Below, piece after piece: positions 43,261 through 57,345 of a stretch of DNA of 64,000 nucleotides (position 1 is its first letter; the number at the start of each line of letters is the position of its first letter). The translations under genes and the position numbers were made by a program. The DNA is from Tubiluchus corallicola (lineage: Eukaryota; Animalia; Priapulida). The stretch is from positions 186,001 through 250,000 of the forward strand of contig JAQGDQ010000231.1 in the NCBI GenBank assembly GCA_030141605.1, read 5' to 3'. The notes under the pieces are model-generated. The model did no database searches and was not told the origin of the DNA. It saw only the letters and a program-made list of their open reading frames with translations.

Positions 43261-43859
43261 TTTCCGTGTAGGTTTTAGTCTTGCTTACTGAAAATCACTG
43301 CACAACAATCTTCCCACTTGTGTCGACCTTCCCTTTCTTCATCTGCGAAATTTGAAAACAGTCATTCACGAATGTTTTAATCTACCTACTGAACGTACAT
43401 TCACAACAAGTTTAACTTACGTTTGAAACACACAGCCTCATAATAATTACTGTGTTTCACTTCTGGTTTTAAATGCTAAGCTTACATCATTAGAAAAAGC
43501 AGCTTTCATCTGGTTGCATGTAATTGTGACGTTCTATTTCCAGCTTGAGCCTTATGGAAATTTACGTCTGAGAGTTTTCATCGACAAAGCTATAAGGAGA
43601 CAGCTGCTCTGATATATATTTACTACTGCTGCAAATAGAACAAAAGACTTCAGACACAAGTGTCTTTTTCAATGACCAAAAACGAATTTTAAAAAATCGG
43701 CTTGGTTAATACCAATTTGACAAAACCGGTAAAGAGAAAATAGTCAAATGAAATATAATATCTAATTAGACGAATTCCTGAAAAAATAGTAATATATCAA
43801 TTTGCCTTGTTTCTATCGAAGTGAATGAATTGAAACCCAAATTAAACTTCATCGCATAA

Positions 43860-43871
43860 TTGTTGTTGTTG

Positions 43872-43910
<39 letters not shown>

Positions 43911-43921
43911 TTGTTGTTGTT

Positions 43922-43953
<32 letters not shown>

Positions 43954-43967
43954 GCTGCTGCTGCTGC
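43860..43967. repeat. Compound (TTG)n/(CTG)n trinucleotide repeat
   Basis: Direct reading. Confidence 0.97.
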
Positions 43968-44603
43968 ACCACTTCATTGTGCACATTCTATCACAAAGCA
44001 ATAGGTTTCCATTGTGCTGACTCAACTTCAGTCCCTAGTGCAATCTCGAAGTTTTATCGGTAGAAGTTAAGCCGTTTAACCGTCTATATCTGGTTTGTTA
44101 CTTTGACTGGTTTCTCTATGTCTTGCGCATCTCGTATGTAAATGGTTTCACTGTTGAGCGCACAGCAGCCGCATCCAGCACACAGCTTCCTACCGGCACT
44201 CCGAGCAGATCGAGGATTAGGGTAGCTCCGACGTGATTGTCGTGATTGCAAGCGCGGTCAGGCTTATGCGAATCCAATTATGTTGACAAGTCAATTTTCT
44301 TTCAGTGTGGTCTAGTGCAACGCAAGTGACTAAAGCATTTTTGTGACAACAATTCACGCCGGGAACAAAAACAGAAATTAGATTTTTTTAATTTTTTCAA
44401 AAGTTAGTGTTACTATCGTCAACTTCTTCCAATAAAGAAATGCCACAGTGGAAGTACTTTGAAAAGGAATGTAATCTTGGTGATAATTTAAGTTTAAGTG
44501 TTACTTTTGCGACATCACAATCGTCGTTAACAAAGATAGCAGAAGTTTGAATCCTGAAGCATTTTTTATTATGGTCATAGCATAAAAAATTACGGTAATT
44601 AAC

Positions 44604-44961
44604 ATGTCGAAGACACCGACATATCTAGAAGGGCCACCGAATTTGACACTTGTGGCTGATTGGAATGACATCCTCAAAGAATTTGAGGACTCACTAGTGA
44701 CAATCAGCGAGCCCACGAGCATCGCCCTGGTGGCGGTATATGCTCCCCTCTTCCTCATCTCGCTCATAGGCAACATCTCCGTCATAGTCGTCGTCTGTAG
44801 ACATCATTACATGCGAAAGGCCAAGAACTATTTTCTAATGAATCTGAGCATTGCTGATTTGCTAGTGACGCTCACGTGCGTGCCAATTACTCTAGGAAGT
44901 ACTTTGTACCGGAAGTGGGTATATGGTGAAGCAATGTGTAAATTATTGGGATTCTTCCAGG
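44604..44961 (+). CDS. Neuropeptide GPCR (orexin/allatotropin, NPFF or SIFamide receptor-like), first coding exon; 3'-partial
   Basis: LIGNISVIVVV (TM1), MRKAKNYFLMNLSIADLLVTLTCVP (TM2), WVYGEAMCKL (ECL1/TM3); ends at a strong donor CAG G|GTAAGT (phase 1). No TM3-DRY exon was found downstream in the window. Confidence 0.88.
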
Positions 44962-45565
44962 GTAAGTAATTTTTTGTTAGTCAACTTCAGTGAAAGACGT
45001 CTTTGCATTAAAGATTTTAAGGCCTTAATGATTACTTTCTTGGTATCTATAAACTAATCAATTTAATGACTTCCTTTTCCTGTTGGCGTGATCCTTTTTC
45101 ACTTGAGCTGTTCAACGACAACTACAATAACCTTGTCAACAACGACACTACTACCGCTGTAGCCACTGCTGCTTAACACCATCATCAAATTTCATCTTTC
45201 TATTACATGTAATACCTCCCCACAAGCTTTTCAAATCCAAAAGCTAATATCCCTATAAAGATCGCATTAACAGTCACATAATACCCAATTTGCTTCTAGC
45301 AGCAAACTCTTTTTTGCGTAAGTGAAGCCTGCCACCAACACTTAAGCACTTAAATTTAAAGTCTTTTTTGCGCGAAGAAGCTGTGTCAAAGCGAGTTTAT
45401 GGCGCTAGAAAAACTTAAACGGCTTCTCTTACGCGATAGTTTAAAGATATTATCCTTGATACAAGACAAATGGCATTCATAAGTCTGAAAAAATAGTTTC
45501 TGTAACAGTATGCCCAGGCAACGACATTAAAAACAGAAAGTAAAGAGGGATGAGAGAACAGCAAG

Positions 45566-45569
<4 letters not shown>

Positions 45570-45640
<71 letters not shown>
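45570..45640. repeat. (GA)n microsatellite
   Basis: Direct reading. Confidence 0.97.
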
Positions 45641-45643
<3 letters not shown>

Positions 45644-46678
45644 GGGAGGGGTACTTCTATGTCTTTTACTTTGTTAATTTGGAGGTTTGCATCTAAATTA
45701 AGAGCAGTAAAGCGTTTAAGTTACCAACATCCGCTTGACGTAATTTAACATTTCGAACAATCTGCCTAGTAGGCTCTTTCATTTTGTCAAATTTCAGTTC
45801 GAACAAAAACTTGCCACGCATTCATTTATTTCATTGATTTTTTTTCTACTGTCTCTTCGGATTTGCCAGTACTTTTCGTGTCACTCATCTTACCCTAATT
45901 TCAGACAACCAAATTAACCGAAGATTAATGCACAAAACCAGGAGATATTTTCAGTGAAGCCATGTTTAACTACTCAGCAGCACATGTTTTGATTTTACTC
46001 TATGTCACGTCTCCGCTTCATTCGTTTCTGCTGACGTTTTGAGTGAATTTGAATAGCTCTAAGCATTTATCATGCAAATGGTAATATACCATCCAAGTTT
46101 CCATTGTTAGACCCTGTATTTTTCTAATATCACCGAAAAGTTGAATTGACCGTCATCGTGAAAAAAACATGAAAACGATATTGTGTTGACTGTTATGCTC
46201 CATGATTATTGCTTAAAATTCGGGTAAATGTCATTCTCCGCCGTCCATACTGTCTACATTCACGTTTACGAAGCCATACCTTACTACACGATAGTCTGCA
46301 GTCACAAGATACAAACGCACGTTATTTATATGAAACAAATGTTGTTTATGGTTCGTGTTTCACTTCAGCCGAAGCTTTTCTTTTGCATTTCTTATTTTCA
46401 TTCGTAAAACATTTGTTTAAGAAACAGGAGCACACCAAGAAATGTTTCTGAGCAGACAAAAATGATCACGAGATGTTCTTTCATTTAACCAACTGCTGCA
46501 TTGTAACATGAACGTGACGCTTATCAAGCAGAAAAAGTGAGAGAGAAGGGATCCAAAAATGCAGCAAAAATTCGAAATTGTTCCTGACCATTGCGCAGAC
46601 ATTCCGTAGACACCATGCACGCTGACCTGCCCTGAGCGTGATAATCTAAATTATCAGATGTTGACATCAGTAAACCAC

Positions 46679-47762
46679 GAGGTAGACTAGTTTTCCAGAA
46701 AAGCTTTTTTCTAGGCAAAAAAAAATTACGCAAAAACTTTTTTGCCAGAAAAATTAACTTCCCAAAAAGCTTCCCTGAAAAGATTTTACCTAGAATTGGC
46801 ATTTCCCTAAGTTTTTTCTTAGGACCGTCATTTCATAAAAAAATAAAATTCAGAAAATGTGCTAAATCCTTTTAAAAGAGCAGATAATGCGCAGTGTTTA
46901 TTTAACTACGTGTATTGATTAATAGTGATAAGTTGATCAAAAAATTTTGTCAACTCGTTAATGCAAGAACATGTATTTGAAAACACAGAATGACAAGGTA
47001 GCGTATCATGTTGACCTATGCATATACGCAATAGTAAGTGATCAAGACGTGTGCTTGGCTATCAAAGCTAAGCAATGCCAAACCTGGCAAGTGATTTGTT
47101 GGGAGACCGCTCAGGAATTTCGTTCATTTCTCCGTGTTTCGAGGCATCCGAATGTGATTGTGACATCTCTGCCAGTTCCGTATTTCATCTCAGATGATTA
47201 TCGTGATAATGAACTACGATTCTATCCACAAAAAGGCCTGTAAAAAATCTTGCGAAGGGACGTATTTTATTGTGCAAATGTTGACCTAGATATTCACAAA
47301 TCTCTATAGTTCGCAAAGCCTTGGTATTTTTATTTTTTATAATCTTTATATTTCAAATTCTATGAAAATCAGTTGAATTTGAAATGATTATATGCAGCAG
47401 ATGATGCTATGCAAATTACTTTGAGGAAGCAACTTCATCCTAAAAACAACTTAAAATTGTAGCAACAAAGTTTCAAAACAAAATATTTTTCCAAAACAAA
47501 ATAACAATTTAAGAAACAATGTCAACCCTTAAACGTTGCATAATTTAAATTTTTTGATTTCTGATAGTCATTAGCCAACGCTCTGTAGATAACTGCAGGA
47601 GAGCAGAAAGAGGAAGAACGAAAAAGAGATTGGGGCGAAGAACAGAGAGAAAAGAGAAGGGAGAAAGAGAAGGAGGGAGGGAGGAGAAAGGAGAGAAAAC
47701 AAAAGGGAGAGAGAGCTAGAGGGGGAAGAGAGAGAGAGAGAGAGTTGTCGGAAGAAGCTAAG

Positions 47763-47801
<39 letters not shown>

Positions 47802-48231
47802 CAGAGAGGGGGGAGGAAGACAGAGAACAACAAGGGTGAGAGAAAGAGGCTGAGGGAAAGCGAGAAGGAGAGAGAGAAGAGAGAGAGGTGGAAGAGATAA
47901 AGACAAAGGGGAAGAAAAAAAGAGCGAAAGAAAATAGGAGAGAGATATAGGGAGAGAGGATAGAGAGGGTGCGAAAGAGAGAGAAAGAGACAGGCAGTGT
48001 GGAAGGCGAGATGAGAGAGGGTAAGAAAGAGGAAGGAGCAAACAGAAAAAGGGAAATCGAAGGCTACTAAAACAGCAGATTTAGCAACTAAAAAGTAGCC
48101 GTGATTTTTCTGTTAAATCTTTCTGGGGAAATGCTTTTTTCTGTGACGAGTTTTCTAGGAAAAATATTTTCTGGGAAAAAATTTTCTGCCTATTTTTTTG
48201 TGAAGTCTATTCTGGGAAACGGACCTAAACC
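46679..48231. mobile_element. Mutator-like/foldback non-autonomous element with 9-bp TSD (GTAAACCAC)
   Basis: gtaaaccac at 46670-46678 and 48232-48240; G...C termini; diverged TIR (gttttccagaaaag versus the reverse complement gtttcccagaatag) with ccagaaaa-type subrepeats; internal GA-rich tract at 47640-48040. Confidence 0.7.
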
Positions 48232-49199
48232 GTAAACCACATCGCAGCAGGCATAAACAAGTGATAAATGCGGTCATGCCCCTGGTTCTTGATCTGAATT
48301 CGTTCAGTCTTATTCGTTTTACAGTTCGTTAAGGTGGAAACAGCTGCTGTCTTTGATGACTATTAATTTATGATACTAGCAAAATTAACTTATTGTCGTA
48401 CTGAGGTTACTTGTCATTGATAACTCTGACTCTAGAGTGAGATTGAAGAATAAGCTCGGATAAATCTAGGCAATTAACCTTTAATAAATGAGGGTGACCG
48501 AATTCATGAAATGTCATGCATGTTTCGAATAACCTTTCCTTCCAGAGTTTTCCATTTTTTGCTTTCGCAATGCACTTGTTATTTTCTTAGCTAGTACAGA
48601 CATTTTGAGAGATAGGGCCTACAGCTTGTCGAAGAAGCCCTATGTTATGTGCTGTAACAATAATTAGCGAACTAAATTGAGTCAGATAGATCTTAATCAG
48701 TTAAAATAATTAGGCGCAATTTTTCAGCAATTTCTATGAGCTGCTAATAAATCATTTGTTGCAGCTTTCACCAGATAATTACATAAATCACCTGAAAATT
48801 TGAATCTGCTTGTTTAATTTATATTAATCTTATCTTCAAGAAATGACGGCGTTATGAGGCAGAAAATCTGCGAAGATGTGTTCAATGAAATGTTTAGGCA
48901 ATACAGTAAGTTTAATAGACTAAATGTGATCAAAATGTAGTGGTGAATAAACAAGTTGCTTTAATTTTTTAGCCTTCAACAGAAATTAATTTTTGTTTGG
49001 TTATTTGTTATATACACTAAAAAATTATGTGCAAAAGTTAATGCAAAACTCCTAATAGCTAATATTTGACCAGGTTTTCAACATTAATGCGTGACAGTGA
49101 GTGACTGAACAGAGACTGCAAAAAGTTTACAATTTTAACTTAAGTAATTATAATAGGCTATGCAAGACGAGGGACAGATCAGATTTTAACAGTCATACC

Positions 49200-49480
49200 A
49201 CATCATTTGCTGAAAAATGTCTAAAGATATTTTACGCGCAGAATTCTCTAACTATGTATCTTACCTCGCGAGACTGAAGTTACTAGGTTTAGAATCTCTT
49301 GAGAAAAGACGTTTGAAAACAATCTAGTCATATGTTATAATATCATACACAAAGAAGTGGATTTCGAATCTGACATGTTTTTAGTGGTGTGATAACCGAT
49401 GACACGAGGCGGAATTATCCTATAAAATTATATGTGAGACGTGTTTCCAAAAGTAGTTTTGCTCACTTCTTCCCATATCA
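49200..49480 (+). mobile_element. CR1-like LINE ORF2 C-terminal relic
   Basis: Frameshifted translation ENV*RYFTRRI, VSYLARLKLLGLESLEKRRL, LVICYNII and TRG matches the CR1-type ORF2 tail. Confidence 0.75.
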
Positions 49481-50862
49481 ATATGAAATTACCTAGCATC
49501 ACATTTAAATGGATGTCACTTGCTCATGTGTCACTATGAATACCAAATTATTCCGGAAACGTTTAAACTCTATTAATTTAAATCAGTCTTTTGTATTACA
49601 ATAGACACGTGCAAACAAATTGCATTGTTCAATGTTACTTTATTTAGAATAGCCTGTAATGTTGTGTATCATTAAAATTTAATGACCTATCCCTGTGCTC
49701 TCTTCCGCGCCCTAATGACAATTTTCACTGATTAACAATAATTTAGTGTCTTACTTTTAGCTAAACTGACCTAAACTAAACAGTCTAATACCTTGAAAAG
49801 ATGATTCAAAGTCAAAGGTTAAAGATTAAAAGTCCCAATCAACGGTAACTCACAACCAAACTTAGTAGTTAATAGTATTAGATGGCAGATAAATTTTACT
49901 TGGCTTGCCGTCGACCTTGAGTGAGTCAAACAAAGGTCAAGGATTCGGTAACAATTCGCATAAGTAGAGCCGCTACCACCAAGAAAACTTGGCAGTTGCC
50001 TAGGGCGCCAAATTTTTGGGGGACGCCAAAATTCTGGAAGTAATTCTTTAATTTTTAAGTTTAGCTTTAGCACAAGTAATAACATAGTACATGCGTATGT
50101 GTAACTACTTAAATGTACAATTTCAAATGCAAAATACTTTGATTTAATGAAACAAGCTCTTTGGGTTATTTTCCTGCCAAAATATATGATTAACCCACAT
50201 TAACACGGATCTGTCTTCCCTCAGCAAACACTTTCTACTTTTGCTTTACCTGACTTCATAAGATCGCATCATTGTATACAGATATTACTGACACGTTACC
50301 CTGCTTTTGACCACAGTTTACATTGCACACATAGAACAGTTGAGAGAGTAACGACTCCTCCATTTAATTTAAAAACGTTTATTGCAATACCGTTTGTCTA
50401 ATTATGGCAGGTAAATTTATAAAAATCGGAACCTTTAGAAAAATACGACAAAACGAAAGGTAAAATAGCTGGCGGACACCGAATAGCAAAAAGACTCGCC
50501 AAAGGACTAATTGCAGCCAAACCAGATTTATGGCTGTGAAAATGATGAAACTAGTGAATTCGTGTATATGAAAACGAAGAGTTTGTTGTTCAAAATTTTC
50601 ATGAAAGGCTGAGTGAAAATCCAACCGAAAGCATCTACATGAACAGTGTGCAGCAGAAATTTGGACATTTTTCTTCCTCCTTGAAGACCCCGGACATACA
50701 ACGGGGCCATAGATTTAAATTTGAATTTAACCGGTGCATGGGGGCCGTGGGGAAAAGGTTGGCAGTTGAGAAAGGGTGCTAAAAGTACTTTTGCCTATAT
50801 ATATATAAACGCACGACTAAAAACATGTCAGATTCTAAATTCACTTCTTTGTGTATGATCTT

Positions 50863-50864
<2 letters not shown>

Positions 50865-50913
<49 letters not shown>
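50865..50913. repeat. (TA)n microsatellite
   Basis: Direct reading. Confidence 0.97.
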
Positions 50914-50916
<3 letters not shown>

Positions 50917-52270
50917 GGCAAACTACCTAGAGTCGCGCTTTGCGTATAAGATGTAGAAGGAGCCAAACGAAACTCTAATTTCGCACTAAAATGTTACTAT
51001 AGTAGCTGTTGTTGCGATGCACTTTACTAATGTAGATACTTTCAAAAGTCTCATTGGTCACAAAAGTTCATTTAAATGCACAGGTATAGTAACAGTTAGC
51101 GAGGTGTATATTTGTGATCATTGACCATCTATAATTACTTTGACAGAACGTCAGCCATTTTCAGAGTGATCTTTTCGCTACCTTAACACACACTATAATA
51201 TAGGTTTATTTCTGTTGACAACGATTGTTTCTGTTACAGAAATGCATTAGCAACGCTTTCTTGTTGAAAATAGTAAACCAACGGACTAATTTACCGTCAC
51301 GCTTTTATTCTCTGGAAAAGTTACTAAAACGAGTTAAGCTAATTTTGCACAGAATTATTGTTGTTCAGGGTCTCATTGCACGTCATTAATCTCAACATTG
51401 CGATAGTATAAATGGCAAACTGTTGATAATAACTCGCTGAAAAATTATGACGCATGGTCGCTAGATTAACAACCGCTAACAATAAAAGCGCATTGAAGTC
51501 TCTAGAGTATAAAGATAATGTAACCCTTTTATTGTGGCTTTCAACATAGTGAACGTTAAGAGGCTCATGTATACGTATTGTTATGCGTAGTTAAAGCATG
51601 TTTAAAATTTAGTTTATTACAATTTTAAGAAAGACGATATAAACTTGAAAAGCTTATAACAACAAAATGTTGCATGGGATCACATTATTGCAAGAAAGGG
51701 ACAAATTTTGCAGGTCTAGTACAGCTTCAGTAATACACTTCCTTTTGAAAAATACATTTACATTTCCATTAGAATAAAAATTTTGAACAACTGCTATAAA
51801 TCGAACATTTTGCATTCTCAAGGGGAATCCTTGTAGGCCTGAGTTTGTGTTCAAATTGTAAAATTTATGTTGTGTGGCTGCATTATACGAACATAATTAG
51901 TAAAGGTACCTTTTGCAACTGCGGCATAGTATCATAATTCCAGCTTCACGTCTGCCAAACTCAAATGAATCTATATAATTACGACGAACATGAGGGTGAC
52001 CGGAATTTAGCTGCTGCATTCTACAAAAAATCATGTTGAGCTAATAAATTTTAGATGGGCACGCATTGAAACCGAAATAAAAGAGTGTCAACTACTAGAG
52101 AAAAGCCAGAAATCATCGCACAAATTTACCGTGTTTACTCTATAACTGCGTTGTTTTCCCGGATTTTGCTCTTTGGCAAGTGATAGGATAAAAAGGTTTT
52201 CTTGAAACGAATGAAAGCCTAAGAGCAGAAAGACGTAAAGAAATAAAGAAAGAAAGAGAGAAAGAACGAT

Positions 52271-52680
<410 letters not shown>

Positions 52681-55564
52681 AAAACAGATGTACAATTCCG
52701 CTTGTGTAATACTTCCGCTTATGTACAATTTTTATCATATAGAAAGTGCACAAAAATGGATAATAAAAGTTGAGAAATGATGTGTAATTTCAATAGAGTG
52801 CAGTGCACATTGAGCGTCTCAAACCAAATTGGCGCAAAAAGGATTTCAGTATGAAATTACGGTAATTCGGAATTGAATTAACAACAAGGTGTCTAAAATA
52901 TACTCAAGCCGACGTGTAATGCTAAGCCTCTAACTTTGAACATTTTGAACGGTGCTTAACACCAAGATGGCTGCCAGGTAAATGATGGATTAGGAGAAAA
53001 TGAAATAAATGATTAATCCTCAATACCACTGGATGATATGAAACTCTGTTGGAGATGAACAATTGGTTGTTAGTGCTGCTCCAACTGTTGCTGCTGCTGC
53101 TGCGGCATTTTGTTGTTGTTGCTACTGCTCCTATGGTTTTATGGAGGCGTATGTTTCATCAAAAGCACGGCAACACTATTATTGTCCTTCAATGGAAAGT
53201 AACTTCTGAACTATTCTGTTAAGTCAAAGTCAAAAAGTTACATTTTGTTCAAGATTTCATAAAGAATTAGCCTGAGTCAGTCGCTAAAATAAAAGTTGTA
53301 GGTCGCTAACTTTTCTTTCTGCCATGTATTTCAAATTGAATATTTTCTGTATCTATCCATCGACAGAAGATCGATTCTGTAATATTAGAATTTCAGCTCA
53401 TTGTCCCTACGTACCTTCTTATTCCTCTTGTTTTAAATTTAATTCCTTCCTAATGTCTGTGGACCTCAATAATTCCTGATACTTTTTATCAGAACTGCGT
53501 AACAATGAACTGACAACTGGACTGAATTGTAGCTGATCGAACTTTGACTAGACATTTTCTTGCAAACCTCAGACTCTCTTTGTTGCAATACCTACCTACT
53601 TATACCCTTGTCGGACCAAGGCATTTTCAATAATGAAGAAATCACATATTAACAAATGACTAGCAAGATCGATTTTTAGTTACTGGATACTCCGCAATAT
53701 TGCACATTTGTAGTCTTCTAGAAAATCTGAGGTTCTCAGACGACATTGAACTCACAACCTTCTGATTGCCTGATGAGTGTCATAAACACAAACCTACACG
53801 TACAACGGATACAATTGAAGCTATAGGTAAAATAACGTGTTTAACTAATGTACGACTTCTCCAGCTATAAATGAAAAACCTTGAAATTATTCACTGAGAC
53901 GACACATAACAAATACCAAAAACAAAAACCTAGTTAGAAAATCTAGTAACCAGAATAAAGCTTAAAAAACTCTAGAAACATGACAGTTTGGCGTATGCAA
54001 CAGTGGCACTTGTCTCGTCTGCTCGTACTTAATATTCTCACATTTTCTCAGCGAGATGAGCACTTTGAAGCTTAAGAGATGGCATCTGTAAGTATGCTTG
54101 ACGTATAAAGAGCTTTTCGGGACACGCTGCCTGTGCCTGTCAATCTATGTTCTTTAATGAAAAGAGAACTGGTCCAAGCTGACATAAAGTAGTGATGGAT
54201 GCATAGCGCACATACAGGGTGTGATAAAAGGATGTTTTCATTGTATTCTTTTCAACTTTATTGCGTCCTCTCGCCTTGAATATCGTTAATAATAGTTATT
54301 AGTAATCAGTGTAAACTTGTGTTATCTCAAATTAACTTGTCCTACGGTCGGCGGTGCCACAACTGACAGTTTGTACAATAGAGTCGGTAGATTATTCCCT
54401 TAGTGCGGTTTACGCATTAAACCAAAACCGGATCCAATCTTAAACTGTAGGTTAAAACAATCTACTTTTCAAGATATTGAAAAGAAACATACTATTTTTT
54501 CAAAAATGACTTACGTAAAAGAATTATTACCACACAAACACAATTTCACGTTCGCGCCACTAGTTCTTCGCTGTTACATGCATTTCGTCATTCGCTAGTT
54601 AGACGGGCACTACCGCTAGCATTTCAGAAACGCATTGCACAAAAAACAGGTGCTGTACTTCTCAATTCAGATGTGTTAGTTTCCGCCGAACTACACACGT
54701 TCGGCAGCTTATGCGTGAGCACAACAGTAAATTTGAAATTTGAATTTTTATATTAAAACTTGCCTAGTTTTAGTACAACACACTGAATATCTTACAGTAG
54801 CACTGTACTTCAATTTTCACACACGTGCAACACGCTCTTGGAATATTTTTGCCGTTGAAGATTATGTTTGTGATGTCATCAATAACTGAGCTCGCCCGCC
54901 GTTAATTAAGTTTTTAATCTATTATTTAATTATCAGAAACGCTTTTGCAATATTCATTGTGTTAAAATGTATACTTTTGATCGGACTTGAAAATGAGGTA
55001 GTACATGAAATATCGTCCTGTCTTCCTTTAAGCATGCGAAACATTGCTAAACAAGAGTTGACGAACGAGACCGAGACATTCCGAAAAGCATTATACACAG
55101 TAGTATCACCAGCCTTGACAGAGAGGATCTAGACTCTAGTACGTCATTGATGAAGGATCACTGCTCAACCGAGACTCGCGAGCACTGATGTCGTACGCAA
55201 AAGAAAACTGCCTTACATTAACAATTTGCAATCTACATTTCTAGAAAATAACAGAACTTATCCTACAACCTTATCTCAAACGAGTCCCCTATTGCAAGCA
55301 CACAATGCGCATTTGAACACTTATTGAGCCGTCTATTCGAGTTTATTCATTTACGCTTAAAACTCTTCCATTCGCTAAGAATCCGGTAGAAAATTGAAGG
55401 AAGACTAGTGCTTAATGAACGGCAATGCTCATTTACATTTCTCCAGAGGCTGAGATTTACACCCATTAAAGAATTCTCTTGAAAGCGAAAATCCGTCATC
55501 GCCTTTCAAAAAACATTTCATTCAACTGCTGTCTTTGGTGTTCTACCTTGTGTTTGAAATCAAA

Positions 55565-55730
55565 CTTACTTACTTACATGCTTAGTTACCTGCTTACGTG
55601 CTTGCTCACTTGCTTGTTTGCTTGTTCGCTCACTCACTCACTCGCTCACTTTACTTACTCATTCACTCACTCACTCACTCACTCACTCACTCACTCACTC
55701 ACTTGCTTCCTTAATAATTTACTTACTTGC
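55565..55730. repeat. Degenerate (CTTA/CTTG/CTCA)n tetranucleotide repeat
   Basis: Direct reading. Confidence 0.85.
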
Positions 55731-57221
55731 ACAAGCCCATGGCTTGAAAGTTTGAAAGTTTTGAACTTCAGACAGCGTGAAAGTTTTGTGATAACAACGT
55801 ACGCGTAATGCGATTTTTTTCATCACGAATAGAACTTTTTGTGATAGAGGTATATTGCAACGCTTCGTAGTGGCGATGCGCTGAAGCCTATAGCTTAGCA
55901 CCCACGAGCTTAATTAGTGTCACGCGCATGCTGCCACCAGTATCCCAGAGCCGCGTACTGTCCGAAGCTCTGCAGTATCTGTGACTTCAGTACCTGCAGT
56001 CCTAACACCCGCAACGTGGAATGTCTGAAAAGCACTAAGAAACATCGTTTATCTACATGGTGATAAGTTGATGATATGTGGCGTCCTGTGCGACAATCAG
56101 AATAAAATTTGTGAAGACGAGTCACGTGACTGATTTTGTCGGATTTCCTATTTACTCAACAAACAGCATGTCTTTGGAAAGGTTGTGCGCAGCTTCTTTT
56201 TGCGTTTAGTAATTTTTGTTCAACTGGATAAGCATCATTGGAAAAATTCCAGACATACATTTTTAATTTTAAGTCTGCTAACAAAAGTGCGAAATATTTT
56301 GTACGGTAATTAAATGTATTCAGTTTTTACTCAGTCAATTTTGTGCGCCACATCAAGACCGAGAATGTTTGGACGTCACTTTGATTTTTGTTTCCAATTA
56401 TTATACCCCCCGCGCCCCAAAAACATATTTTGGGTGATTCAGTGGCTAGTGTTTGAGTCATAGCCTTGATAGTGAGCTGAGCGTAGAAGTGTGACAAGTT
56501 GTACAAAAAAGCTCAAAGCCTCTGGGGTGGAAATTTCCACGAGTACCCGTTCTCATAAGATTTTTAACCCCTGAAACAGGACTGTTATTTTGCCACATTA
56601 GTATTGATATATTACTTTGATTCAAAATTTATTTCGTAAATCAAAAACTACATAGCATTGTAAAAAAATTTAAACAGCTAATCTAAATTTTAACAGAGAC
56701 TAGTTGAAATAAAACGTGAAGTCAGAATGACTGATTTGTATTACTATTTGCATTGATTCTTGATTCTATAAATACACTGTCTTTTTGATGCCTAGTGATT
56801 GGTACATGTTTTATTCAGTTATAGTACAAACCTACTGTGAAGTGTGGATTCATCAAATATTTATTGTGTTTTACTGTTCATCGTTATTTTAACATGTAAA
56901 GCAACGAGAGAGTTACTCCGTCGGGCATAGTCAATTGAAAAAGACTGAATTTGAAACGACTTACAATAGCAATGATCTTAACTGCTTTCCGTCTCAAGTT
57001 TAGCGACCAAGTGTTAATATATAACCCACAGTCAAAAAGTAAAGAATGAAAGGGGAACATTAATAGAAACGCAACATTTGTGTTCAATCGGTTGTAATAA
57101 TGTGTATTTCCGGAGAGATATGACGCGGAAGCCTTGCACAGGTGAAATGCGCCTGCTGTTACGTGCGTTTGAATATTTTTATGTTTTCTTCAACACTGCA
57201 AGTCTTTCAAACTCAGGAAAA

Positions 57222-57345
57222 CTTACCTTACCTTACCTTACTTAGATTACATTGGGTTAGGTTAATCAGATCAGATCAGATCAGATCAGATCAGATCAGA
57301 TCAGATCAGATCAGATCAGATCAGACTAGACTAGACTAGACTAAA
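57222..57345. repeat. Compound pentanucleotide repeat (CTTAC)n..(ATCAG)n(ACTAG)n
   Basis: Direct reading. Confidence 0.93.

Noticed and set aside
43766-44063. Poly-Q/N/S and poly-L/C ORFs
   Set aside because: Translations of a triplet microsatellite with no splice or homology support.
49965-50940. Possible hAT-like MITE ends with GC-rich gggcgcca motifs
   Set aside because: Could not define matching TIRs or a TSD.
53770-53795. CTGATGA-GTGT-cataa-ACAC-AAAC hammerhead-like string
   Set aside because: Lacks the essential G of GAAA and has no stem I or III; better explained as a minus-strand tRNA-SINE head remnant.
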